A stretch of 63,642 nt of DNA, the filler included, from Phoronis australis (Eukaryota > Animalia > Phoronida), in NCBI GenBank assembly GCA_002633005.1. It is 5 parts of 5 records of this genome, joined end to end, with 100 filler letters (N's around TTAATTAATTAA, not from the genome) between each part and the next. Parts side by side here need not be neighbours in the genome. Positions count along the whole stretch, not along the records: positions 20,621 to 47,048 come from NMRA01000021.1; 4 more parts are not named here. One strand, written 5' to 3'. Both the position numbers and the translations under genes were made by a program. The notes under the pieces are model-generated. The model worked only from the letters and a program-made list of their open reading frames with translations. It was not told the origin of the DNA and made no database searches. This document shows positions 26,301 through 39,647 of this stretch, in pieces; the first letter of the stretch is position 1, and each line of letters starts with the position of its first letter.

Positions 26301-29300
26301 ATTAATTACTATATAATGGGAACCAGGCACAAGGAATTTGGCAGTTGGAATTTAAACAGGTCTGCAAGAGGCTGCTCCGTCAACATTCAGTCGCACAAAA
26401 ACCCCGTTTGGTTGCAGGGCAATCGTGGTTTAAGACAAGTGAAATGCTGTTCAGTGCACACTTAGAAATATCTCCTTTACCTCAGAGCAGAATTTGTATT
26501 AATGGAAAAACATCTTATAAATTAAAATGACATTCCGAAAGTTACTGAGGGAAAGACAGCGTTAAGTTTTGCCAAAGGCACTAGTGGAAACATGCCGTTT
26601 ATGAATTGAATGAGCTGTGCTTGAATATGGCCATGTAGACGCTTCAGTAACAGAAATCCTCTCTCTCCATTGACTGCAAACACAGCAATGTCACCACGTA
26701 AAGATGCTTGAACAGCCGAAATCTTTCTTCTATTCATAGACTGCAACAACAGCTCCCAAAACAAGTTTTGAACAACTGATTCTAATGATGCAGCTTTCTA
26801 GAAACCTACCCAATAAATAAATATGTTTAACCACTGAATCCAGCAATCTCATCAATGTTTCAGAGATTCCACAAAGACTGGCAAGCTAACCTTTTCAATT
26901 ATTCTACTTTTGAGACTGCGTTCAATGAATTATTTAAAGTTAACCCTAGTTCGCTTTTATTCAATTCCATGCATGCCTGCTTGAAAACACGTTTTTCATT
27001 TGGCTTCAGCCTTCGTACGTTTTTCTGCACGACAAAGAAAACTGTCCAATACCGGAGACAATGATTATAAAAATGTCAGAGAAACAAAAGCTAGGACAAC
27101 AAGGAATGCAAGTTTGTATTAACAGTTAATTGTCTGCTTTGAGTGCGATCACCATTATAAATTCATGAGTTGTTTTCAAGGCCCGATGGATTATGGATTT
27201 CTGAGGAATAGCACATCTTGAGAAATCTATCAACGACTATTGACAAAACCTGTCCAACACTGTTCTAAGGGTAAAAAGCAAATAGTGGACAAAGAACAAT
27301 GGTGGACTTGTAAGATAGCTTGATCAGACGAAGATATGTCAAGCGTATTTGTTATTGTTGTAACAGAGATGAAAGGATCAATGTTACCATTCCTAGTGAG
27401 CCATAGGTAAATGAATCGTAGGGTAAGTGACAAATTGTCATGAATTTGAGTAGCTTTCTTTTCAAGGCACTTAAAATGATATCTCACCACAGGCTCAAGG
27501 GATAAGTGAATAATGTGTTTTTGTCAAAAAATTGCCAACACAACAAATCTATAACGATTTACCATTTTATGTCTTTTCACAAGTATATTCATGCATTTTG
27601 TTAAACAAGTAAATTCATACAACACAAAGAGTTACTGTTTAAAAAATAACACTTAGGAAAAAGATACTTTGTGTAAGTGGATAAATGACAAAAAGTAAAG
27701 TGTCTCCAAACAGAACTAGCAAACCAGTGAAGACAGACAAATGGTTTTTGACAAAATGGATTTTAAGATCTGATAAGTATCAAGCAGTGAGACATAATAT
27801 TGACCAGCATCTTGTTCATGTCAACCAAGACTATGACACAGTGTGAAACTGAAGTGCTGTCTAACAACCACCCATAATTGGAAAATGATGGACAGAAAAA
27901 AGCAAAACGCTGTTCAGAAAACAAAGTTGACAACTAACCCAGGAGGTGGAAATGATTTCATGGCCACGTTTCAAAATTCTAGCAATGATCCCCTGGGCCA
28001 GCAAACATCAAACCTGTGCTACAAATTACATAGTTGACTCCTAAACACCTCACACATGCAGAGAATACCCCATACCTGGTGACCACAATAACCAACAGGG
28101 GACCTGATATGTCACTCTAATATGGGTATGGAGTTTGGCCACTGAGTATGAATCATTTTTCGGCACACGCAGAATATAGGGGTGCAGGCGAGGAAATTGT
28201 ACTGCGAGTTTGGTCTTTGCTGATACGGAAATTGGGTGTAGGAGATTGAATTTGGAATTTAGAGTTACAGCCAAGGAATCGTTTCCACCACCTATGACCA
28301 ACCAAGATGAGAATTCCGAGTAGAAACAGCACAAGAATCTAAATCCATGACAAATTAATCTCTGAAAGGATTAAGAGATACTCAAGTCTTACACTTAATC
28401 AATTTGATAAAATAGTTATCACAATTTCTTAATTTCTTTTTTTAACCATAGTCAAACACCAGGGTCTTAATTTTTCAGATACTGGCTAATAATCTACTAA
28501 GTAGCTTGTCTGTTACACATTTGTGTCTTCCTACGCACTCATCTTTAAAGCCACAAGCCACTCTCAGAAGCCATGCGCTTCTGATGCAATCTGATTCATG
28601 TCCCATCCAAACTTCAATAAAATCCTCACAGCTCCTTGATAGTTGCACAGCTATCTTGGCTGCTAATTAAAGACAACAGGTCGTGGAATACTGAATAGTG
28701 CAAACTAATTTTGCAATAAGTTTCAAAACTACACCTGAGAATCTACAAAAGCCCTTGTCAAAATGTCTCGGTGTGCCAATTGCAGAGGAGTTCTGTCACT
28801 CAAGCAGAGAAAATTATCTTTCAATTGCCCAGTCTCAAAAATGTTAGTCTATTACAGGGTAATTTGTCTGAGTTTGAAAAGAATGGACTGCTATCAACAC
28901 TGATGAAATTCCCATACATGTCACCAGCAGGAGATGTCTTTGCGTCTATAGAGGTGTGTTTTCATCCATCCTGGGCCAGCAAACAAACTCGGGCCTTTCT
29001 ACTGGAACCATTTGGCAAAGCTGCCTCGCATACCCACAATGCAACACTCCATTAGGATAAGGCATTGCTAAACGCCAGCACACTTACAGGTTAAAACATG
29101 AAACTTTTAGCAAGCCATATTTCTAACAGATTGAGATGTCTGTCGGATCTTGTACATCTGTTCAAGTAATTGAGTCTGCTCTCTGTTGTAATGGTCAATA
29201 AATGAGCATGAGGACAAAAACTGGGCAGTTTGTAACCTGCTGTTCCGATTGAAATGAAAATATTTCCTGATGAAGTTTAATGTGGAGTGGCCATGCCTAC

Positions 29301-31043
29301 TTACTGGACAAGTCATTGTCCAGGTTGTAATGCTGAGTGTAAATCTCCTTGGATGGCCATTTGACACTCTTGTATATAGAGCTTTAATCATCCTACTACA
29401 GCTTTAAACAGCACATAAAGTTTGGACCTAACATTGGCTGAATCATAGTAGTAAATCCCAAAGTAGAGGATGTATTGCGACAGGCTGATGAATGAGGAGA
29501 GTTTAGTGACCAGCCAGCTAGGTCTGGAGAGATAACCAAGCCATAATCATCACCTTTCAATCAACAATTAACAGTTTGGATGCTGCATGACAAGTCAAAA
29601 TCAGTCTCTAGGTTTTAACAGTTTCTCTTTGCAGTTGTCTCCCTTTTGGACAGAGGTGTGACACACACTGATATATAATTTCATGAAGTTGGAAGTGGTA
29701 AATTAGCCTAATCTCCAAAATTTGTGACATATGACAGGATGGCTACCTGCTTGTTATGATTTTTCAAAGAGTACGATTGGTTTCAAAGAATGTTGTGACT
29801 GATAGAATTATGAGGACATTTTACTGAGAATGGATTCGTAGAAATCGTATTATTGTTACTTTCCTCAAGTTCAATCTTTAGACAAGAAACACAGCTCCTA
29901 TCAGGCTGGAAGATGAGATTCCAATACCAATCATTGTAAGCTCTGTTATCTATGACAAAGCTTACTTAACTAAATTCTTTTTTTTAACACTTTTGTAGAT
30001 TAATTCTTTACACAGACAACTGTTTTCAAACAAAATACACTTTGAAGAAAAGGTTGAAAGCTTTGTCAGTGCAGGGCATAATTATACAAATCCATCATTA
30101 ATTGCTTTAATGCATGTAAACTATGTTCAGTTATCGCCAAACATGGCATGTAGCTTCTATTAAAGGTAACTCAGATCTGAGATGACGATATGGTACAGAG
30201 GTAATGTTCAGCAAAAGAGAAAGTGAAATCCCAGAGAGTTTGTATTTGGCGAACAATACAAGATGGAAAGCTAGAAATTTGTAAGTAAGGTAGATTAATT
30301 TAAAATCAAACCAAAAAGCATCTAAAACATAGATATAAGTTGAAAATGTATCAGACACAAACATGAGAAAAGATTACGCTAATTTCAACACAAAAGCTTT
30401 AGTAATGACCTCTTTTCAAATGTGTTGACAAATTAAATTTAGCCTTGTTGAATTTGTGGCTTAGATGCCTAAATAAGCACAAGTTATTTACACATCAATA
30501 GATTTGGGTCTATAGACCATCATGACTTCAGGGGCACTTCTGTATATTTTTGTACTTAGGCAATTCATATCGGGGATTACCTGTAAGGTTTACAAACATT
30601 ATACTGGACTGGACTAAATCCACAGGAATTCCTCAGGTGTGAAATAAAACAGAATGATGCTACAACTACTGATAATGAAAAAATGATGAGCAATAATTTA
30701 AACTTCAGTTTGGACTAGGAACCTGGTTCCCAGGTTTGGATGTGCACTGGGGTTCAAACTGATTTAACCCAGCAGTATTGCACGGCCAACAGTACTTTTT
30801 AGTTAAATTCCGATACACACCTGTATGCGTGGGTCAAGTAAAACAAGGTGGTGAGTTTCAAAGCTCGAAACTGTGTTGTGAAAAGAGTGGGGATACAGGA
30901 AGAAATTCAAACTGAATTTAGATAGAGAAATACACTAAAAGCTACTAATATCGGATAAGCAGGGACGGTGACTAGTCAAGCGGCCCGCACGGGAACAGGT
31001 AATGGTTCAAATTTAGAACTGTAGCCCACAAGTCGAATCCTAC

Positions 31044-31079
31044 CTCGTCTTGACTTGTCTCAGCGTTCACGGAATCCAT
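31044..31079 (-). CDS. Candidate first coding exon MDSVNAETSQDE of an unidentified gene (possible 5'UTR exon ending ~31356)
   Basis: aagcATG...GACGAG|gtagga inside a CpG-rich island; upstream gtgagt donor and pyrimidine-rich acceptor; downstream 10 kb is CpG-poor like a gene body. Confidence 0.4.
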
Positions 31080-32117
31080 GCTTTGACTGAGAGTCAGAGT
31101 GGCATCAGTTTTCAGTCCCGTGCCGGCTAAGGTAGTCATCTTTAGTGAGAGGTGAGAGGAGTCCGCTGTCTCGAGATATACAAAGTGAGTGTTTCACGTT
31201 GTTGAGCCAAGTCAGTGCTGTGCTTTGGTGCTCGGCTAAAGTACAGAAAATACTTCTGTACGGCTGGGTGCAGGAGGGAAAATGTGCTCGTCTTTGACCA
31301 CTCTAATACACTACATTCAGCATAAGTGAAGAGCCGTGACACAAAGACTCACTCGGGGAAAGTCCTGTCTATTTCTGCTCCGGCCGTCTTCTCAACTTCG
31401 TTTGTATAGCCTCGAACCTAGCACCGACCTCTACCCAGCATGCTTTGTGTATCTAACCTCTGACCTCTAATACCATTGTTCTAAAGTATTGTTATGATAA
31501 GAGATCTCAAATCAATCCAGGAGCAAATTCAATGGCAACTTTAAAAGATTAAACATAATCTATAGGTAATAACACATGTCGTGTGCATTGCTGAATAGAG
31601 TTTTGGCATGACTTTGTAAGAGCCATGCTTTGAAACGTGAACATTGTGGTTTTAATGGTCGTGCGTTTTGCACCCGTCTGGTTTGGTAAAACGGACCACC
31701 GACATAGATTTTCCAATCGAAATGCTGTTAACAAAACATACTAAGGGGTTTTTACTCTGTATAAAATTTATGGATTTAGTTTGAGAAAATAAACTGAATT
31801 ATTTTACTCATTGAGCCCAAATCAGGAATTAATCATAAACTACTTAGAAGTATTGTGAAAGAGTTTATTTCAGCTCTTAATTTTTAGAAAAGAAAATTTT
31901 TTGTCGTAAAACAAATCACGTGTCCTATAGAAGTACAGACTAGTTTAACAGACAACAGTTCCAGCGGCAGCAGCGATCTGCGGCTCCATTGTCAAGTGAC
32001 ACAAGCAACGCTCCCTCTTGACAGGAAAAGCAACTACCGCTGCTCAATCTGCGTGCCATCACAGATTAAGAGTAATTAATTTATGGTGCCATTTTCATAA
32101 AACTCAAGATTAGTTCT

Positions 32118-32176
32118 AGTAATAATAGTAACAACAGTAATAACAAGAAAAACAATAACAGCAATTATCATTATTA

Positions 32177-32263
<87 letters not shown>

Positions 32264-32548
32264 CCACAATTATTATTGTTATCAACACCATTAATGATAA
32301 TGCTAGTAATAATACTACTACTAAGAATAACAATAATAACGACAACAATAATAATATTAACAATTATTATTGTTATCAACACCATTAATGATAAAGCTAG
32401 TAATAATACTACTACTTAGAATAACAATAATAATAACAACAACAACAATAACATGAATAATAATGACAATAAAGATAATAATGATAATATTAATGATAAT
32501 ATCATATTATTATTATTTTGATTATCATCATCGCCATGACCATTATTA
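32118..32548. repeat. (ATT/AAT)n microsatellite and low-complexity tract with internal ~95-bp duplication
   Basis: Directly visible; source of the poly-I/N/L ORFs. Confidence 0.95.
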
Positions 32549-35500
32549 TATTCGTAGCCTTGCATTAAATAATTCCAACAAAATAAAACAGGAATATGTT
32601 GTATATTCTTTTCTGGAACAGAACTAAATTGCATGTTCGGAATGTGCATTTTTCCAGTTTTCCCACTTTAAAATGTAGTTTCACGGGCACGTATTCGGTA
32701 TGAGAAAATTTTTCCATCTTAGGTGAAAATTGTTTTTTGATAACGTTTTAAACTAGTCAGTGCATTAATTAATTGCATAAAAATACACTTTGAGAACATA
32801 AATGATATTTTCATAGTCATCAGGCAGAAAACGAAGCTAATTAAGACATAAGTCAGACATTGCTAAATATTTGCATATTATCTCTCATGCCAGAGAAAGA
32901 AGATAAATATTATTCAAACTCTACATACCATCCATGAATACCAGCTAAGGATTACAAAATACTTAGCAGGGGTACGTGTTGGCCCTGTTGTACGTAAATA
33001 CTTCAACAGCCCAGAGAACGCAGTCGAATTTTAGCTGTAACCAACAAATAAAGAAGGAAGAGGGAAGTCTTTAAAAGGTTGCTTATATCAACTCTTGTTA
33101 TCAACCAGAAACCGATGTTTCATTTGATCAAAAAGAAAAAAACGCATCACGAAAATGCCGAACTCCGGTTGCCCGAGTGCACTGCTAACGTTAATCAACA
33201 CAATAACCTCTGAGTGAAATTGACCATAAATAATATATGCATTATTGTTTCCAGCAATCTGAGGCTCGTTTTATCAAAGGTCGTGAGACTAGTCGTACCC
33301 AAGACTATCTTAACTCTGATTTTTGTAAAAACATTTTATTAACTTAGTTTGTGAAGATTGCTGTTGAAGCTAAATGCTGTCCATGGTCGAATTCACGTTA
33401 GTTGCAAAGCTGGGCCAAAAGAGCATACTTGGTTCTGGACTCTACCCGATTCATTTTGAGTCCTGCGCTCACCGACTATAAAACTTCCACCCGCATCAGT
33501 TTGACCCAAGGCCTCGTATTATTTTTGAGAAGCTACACAAAGACATGTAAGTAAGGGCAAGCAAGGTTTAAAATTCAAATTCCGCTGTTCGCCACGGGAT
33601 GAGTAAAAAATCCAATAATCAAATCCCGCATCATTTTTACTCCTTTCAGGTGGGTTTTCTTTTCGAAAAGTTAGCAACTAAAACATACCCCATCAGATTT
33701 TCAAAAAATAGAACTAACTATGCTGTTTTGGGCTTATGTTTCCACAAAAAGGACTGCGCACGATTGTCTCAATTGCGACAAGTCGTGCTACTTTAATAAA
33801 GCAGAGCCCTGTTGTGTACTATGTGATCTTATGGATATTACTGACATGATTCTAATTCTAGCTATGATCCCCCTTGAACCTCATTATCGGACCAGCAAAC
33901 ATCAAATTATCCGCGGAACAAATCCCAGATCTGCGCCCCAAAACTCCACTCACGCGCCAAAAATGCCCCCGGTGACCAAACTCTATATTCGGGACCAAAG
34001 ACAGATTTCCGATCTTCGTAATCAGAACTCGAACTCAAAATCACTCTTGACGTTTACCCGTTTTACGTTTGCGTAAACTCAAGGTACGTGTCTATTATTC
34101 TATGCTCGAGTAATAAGGTTTTCGTGGATTATCTAATCGGAGTTTGCGTGTAACGACGTTTAATGTCTGTACTAGACATCTCAAGATTTTACCCGAGTTT
34201 GATGTTTAAATTTAGAGGTCATCAAGTGCGAATCTGGATTTGGCATTCATCTGCATAAACCGTAAAGTAATCTACTAGAATACAGAATAATAAGCACTTA
34301 TCTTGACTTCGTGGTAAATTAGAACGACAAATGTGGAATTTAATTTCGAGCTTGATTTCTAGAAAAAAGGTTAAATCCCGGGACTAGGTCCGTATGCTGT
34401 TTCCATGCACTGTAGCACCGCACGACGCTTGATACAATCAAAATATGATGACGTCATGTGTACTGAGCGTTTTCAGGCCCTGGGAACTTTTGATTCATAT
34501 TGAGATCGACAGACTCACTGACTAACCAATTACACCTTCAAATTGTATTATTAAACATTTGTATTTTATTCAATCTAGCAATGTCGGATTATTCGATAAC
34601 GTTGTGGATTCATTGTACAACAGTAGTATGTTTAAACAAAGAAAATGCGTGTATCATCAGTTTCCATTCTTTGCAGTGTTCTCGGAATGATACCGGTACA
34701 TTGAAATGATTCAAATATACTATGAAGAATGTCTTCACGGTTACTTTTTCTGAAGAATTCCAACTCTGCAAAAAGTTTTGATTTTTTTTCATTTTTCCTA
34801 ATAATATGAATATGTTGCCTTCTTGCTGCACAGGTCACGAGACGTGTACGTTTGTGTGTACATAAAAGTGTATCGATAAATGTCCTGAAATGTAAAAACG
34901 CCTGACTCTTCTGCTTATCCAACTTCCGCAAGAGTTAAGCAGTCGTTTTTTATAACTTTATGTTCGTCGGCATGCGCACAGTACGGCCCAGTATGCCTGA
35001 TAGTTTTAGGCATGTACAAAACTACGCTGCGTACGCTGTTGCGTAGATGATTAGTTGTCAGTACTCAGTACATCAGTCCCACATCGGTCGAGATAAGATT
35101 TTATAAGTTTTCACAAAGTTTTAATTTTTCCACAAACATGCTGAGGACATTAGCATTTGGTTGGCAATGTTTCACACTTATGTGGGGACACCGATTAAAT
35201 TTTCTGCAATCTTGTTAGAAAATGCAAGGGCACATGGCTTCGAGGACTTCTTGTACGTAGATCAAAAATCGTTTCCATGTATAACATACAAAAAATCTGT
35301 TTACTTTAAATTTAAATCGTCTGATTAGTCAAACTCGAGTCCAGCAACAAACAAAGTGAAATAGAATTCTTTTGTACGATATCAACTAGCTAGTGTGAAT
35401 TTTGGAAAATAACACGATTCCAAGAAAATTTATAAATTTTGTGTCTTCGTTTAGTGGTCCTTTCTTGAGCAAAATTTCGCTAGTGTAACTGCACTTTTAT

Positions 35501-38216
35501 TAACGCGTTTACTCGAAACTGCATAGATTTTTTATAAGTACCAACTACTTTTATGAATTTTTATGATGGCAGACTCTACTGGCCATTACACAAGCCGGCT
35601 GACATAGTTGCATGTAAGTTGAAGCAGACGTGTTTCCCGTGCAATTAATGATCGCGTGCAAGAAGAAAACAATCGATTATTAAATCCACATATACCCAAT
35701 TCATTACCGTAGAAAGACGAATAAGCTATGAGACATGAATAAGTAATGCAAAAGCAAAGACAAAATTGCAAACGAGACGAAAACGAGACCCCACTGCAAG
35801 TAACCGAAAACACGCTATAGCAATAACTTAACAATTCCCAATAAATATATCGTCATTCTAAAAACAACAGTAATTAACGTATGGTGCATGTGACCCTTGG
35901 GTAAAAAATCCTTGGACAATGTCGACTATCTTTGTTCTCAAAATGCAGTTCTCAATACATATAGGTGTAGAACTACTTCAAACTTGATATATAGTTCTCC
36001 ACAGAATACTTTGATTACAACGCTTCCCGCAACAAAAAAGTTTTTATCTAAACAAAAAAATCCAATTTGATTCTTGTCTGCGCCCGACTCAAAAATAAAA
36101 AAGTTGCGAAAAATGGGAGGTGCACCACCTCGTCATTTTTTGACAAAAATGATATTGAAATTTTGAATCACTGGCGTAGGGAAATATTCCTTTAGTAGCC
36201 TGGGGCGGAAATGTGAGTGGCAGTCCATCCTCCCCGGAGTCCACACCTGTACAAACCCCCTCCCATCCCCGTCGACACCAGTATATCGCCAACCGCAGCA
36301 CCGCATCGTTGAAGTTTACTTAAACAAAAATTGAGGAAAACATTGCCGCACCACTTAAAGTGATGACACACAGATTTTTCTTGAAAAATAATCAAATAAT
36401 CAGAAATGCACCACTGCATCGATTTTCAAAACAACCACAGACCAGAACAAAATATGCCTTTTTGGTCACACGACAATAGTTTCGGTGGAATATTTGGATG
36501 AACACTTGCTCCAATATTCACGCCCTACGTGTCTGCCTTCCAATGAACAGGCAGGTGTAGACGAAATAGCAATACAGAAGCGCCTGGAAGATCGGCACGT
36601 TTACCATTTCGACAAACTAGTCAATAAACTGTGGATCGACGTATTTAACCAGCATTTACACAGATAATCTTTCAAATAAAACTACCTCGACAAATCTACA
36701 GTGAACACCTAATGCAAATCGAATTTGTTTTTGAAAACCTTTAGAATTTCAGTATCATCTAATTCTTCCCAAACAGCCCCAGGCATGCGAACGAGCAGTT
36801 TGCTGGTGAGATTTTACGAGTACATTTAGATCTACGTCTGCCTCGTCTAACAACAAGGGCGGTCGTAAGTCTCAGCTTGAATTTTCTGGACGTGGCTTTG
36901 TCAAATCCTGTTTGGTCGAATTTTTGCCATTTGGCTAGTCGTTATAAAATAAATATTCAGTTTTTATTAGTCTATTCAAAAACGGTGCTAATGACTGCAT
37001 TCAAATAAAACAAACTAACGAATTAAGATTCCTTGAAAGTTTTGCTATTAAACAGCCCTTTATTTTTATATGCGCCAATTTATTATTCTGACCGTGAGAT
37101 TAATGTTTGTGCAAGCGCTACAATTAGGGCAGGAGGCGAGTGCGAAATGGACAAAAATAACCGATCACTATTGTTGACGGGAACCAGACCCAACACAGAC
37201 TTCAAAGTCAGACGAAATGCTGGTGGTTAGCGCGCTGTGCCGTTACTCGGCTTTTATGCCTTCCCGTTTAATTTTTAGAAACTTTTGTTTGATATGTATG
37301 CGACAGGTCACAGATACTAGTATTGGTGTATAGCAGTTATCAAGTAACCTGCACAAATATCGTTCTTCCAATGCTCAATCTTCTCGAGCATGAACTCCAT
37401 TCCGTTTCTCTGAAATGCAACGATGTAATACGCACCATTGTGTCAATCACTAGTGATATTTTTCCGGCAGGACAAAACGACAATTTTTGGTTGGAAATAA
37501 TATTTAAAGCTTTATCCGCACCTTTGTTTTCTTCATTTTAAGATAACATCATTGCACTTAAGAAATCAAAGGCATGAGTAGACTTTGTGTAGGGACGATG
37601 GTCGAATGTCGAGATGTTCGTCGGAACACATAGAAGCTACAAAGTTGCGTCGTTCTAATCGCAGTTCTATTGTAGTAAGCTAAAGTTGTGCGTTTAGGAC
37701 TTGAGACAGGGCTGAGTAAAAAGTGAATCTGAATGTGATCGGAATAAGAACAATACATAAAGGCTGGAAGTTATAACGATTACATAAGATGTACATGTGA
37801 GGGTATCACAATGTTTACTATAGTTTTAGGAACAGGGAGTATTACTAATCATTGTCTGCAAGAGACTGAACTAAACCACATCTTAAAGTTAGGTAATCGA
37901 ATGACTAATTCAGTGGTAAATACAGAAATTAAAACAAGCTGCGACAGGCTTGTGGGAACTATAAATGTGAAATCTTGTATCAGCCTGCGAGGATACTATT
38001 GTTTGTTGTCAAAAGTGGACCATATTACTCGATCACAGGGCAACACCTTCACAGCATTTGTCTAAGGTATAAACTAGAGAGGACGCGTTCACATCACCTG
38101 CACTGCAAACAACCCCTCGCATTGTAAAAAGTCAATAAATCGCACGCGCATGAGCATGTGATCGCGGCAAATTAGTCACCAGGTGGCGAGCCCATCTCGT
38201 CCACGAGTCGACTCAC

Positions 38217-38263
38217 CTGCAACTGCCAAACATCATGTTCTGGAATGACGACATATGGTGAGA
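38217..38263 (-). other. Candidate 47-nt exon
   Basis: cttttgaacag|TCTCACCATATG...TTGCAG|gtgagt; open as SPYVVIPEHDVWQLQ or MSSFQNMMFGSC. Gene not identified. Confidence 0.35.
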
Positions 38264-39416
38264 CTGTTCAAAAGTAGTTTGGGAAAGGGACACTTTAACA
38301 TGAAAAAACAGAAGAAGATAACAAAAACAGAACTGATAGCTTGGCATTACTTTTGATGCCCGATGTTACAATATAATGTCATGTTTTTTTTCCTTTGACG
38401 GTAAATATCACATCTGGCTACTTTTAGAGATAATTCTGATCAGACGTAAGTAAGCCTTAATAATGCGCTACTGTCGGGTTTTGAATGATGTGATAAAGTT
38501 TCTACAATTTAGAACCCAATGCGGTGGAATAGTGAAACCGTATTTTATAACAATTTTTAAGAAAACTTGACAGGAATAAATTTACTCTGTTATTTGCACA
38601 GTTCACACTGTACAGCATTCAACACAAACACACGATGAAAAATGGTGCATTTTAGCCACGCAATGAGCTTTTGAAAAATTGTAAAATTACGAATTTGAGA
38701 AAACTTTGCCGTAATCGTGCGCAATCGTAATCACAGCAAATCACAAAAAGTGCGAGCGCTGTTCATCTGACAACTTGAAGTCTACTGGGCGAGAAAAAGG
38801 AAATTTCTCGTAGCTCAAACTGACTTTCCCGAAAATGCCGACACTCACACATAAGCGGGTGTTTAACTAGGCAGTAAAATGTTACATTGAAGTTACTCTC
38901 AGTAAAGAATAACGGTTTCCCAATACGTGGCAACGTTCTCACTGATAGGTACTTTATCGTGTCCTCCGTACGTCGAGTATCCTTTTTAATTTATTTTTTT
39001 ATGCCTTAGTCTAACCATTGTTTATGCCCTTGTTTGTCTCCGTCAGTCTTTTTGCAGTGTTATCCATTGTTTTGTGGCGTATTAATTTTGTAATCAATCG
39101 ATGTAACGTAAACCAATCAGTCAACCAAAAAGTAACTGTTGTTAAGCGTACTATCTTTGTAATTAAAAAGTCCGGCAAATAGCACAATTAGCGCTTTACG
39201 TCCGCACTTGAAATTGAAACAAATTACAATCATTAAGCAGGCTTACTACTAGGATTGTAAAACGTTTTGAATATTATGAAATTTGACACAATTTGAAATT
39301 GGGTGCAAAGGTTTGTTTATCAAAAGAACGCATTGCTGTTAACGAAGATACCACGCACTCTTGGTGCTGGTATGGACTCAAGATAAGTGACTATTATTCT
39401 GTGGTCTGTATGTTAT

Positions 39417-39647
39417 AAGAGGCGGATATGCGTGGGGGTTCAAGGGGTTTAACCCCGGGGACAGGATCGAACATGAAAATTAAAAAAATGTCGCCAGGAA
39501 AACGAAATCAGCTACAAAACCCAAAAAAATTCATACACGGGAAGGGGAAAGCCCTCCCGACCTCCCTTCCCCCGCTCGGCACTACGCGCCTCGAATTCGC
39601 ACGAATCTTAACCCCCCCCCCTTACTGAAAACGTAGATCTGCTACTG
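39417..39647. mobile_element. Degenerate CAGTGGCGGAT-family MITE
   Basis: gaggcggatatg...ggggttcaagggg and ccccccc...agatctgctactg ends. Confidence 0.55.

Noticed and set aside
29107-29391. KYFHFN motif reminiscent of a Penelope-type RT
   Set aside because: No other RT motifs nearby; similarity too short.
32076-32649. Poly-Ile, poly-Asn and poly-Leu ORFs resembling membrane proteins
   Set aside because: Translation of (ATT)n low-complexity DNA.
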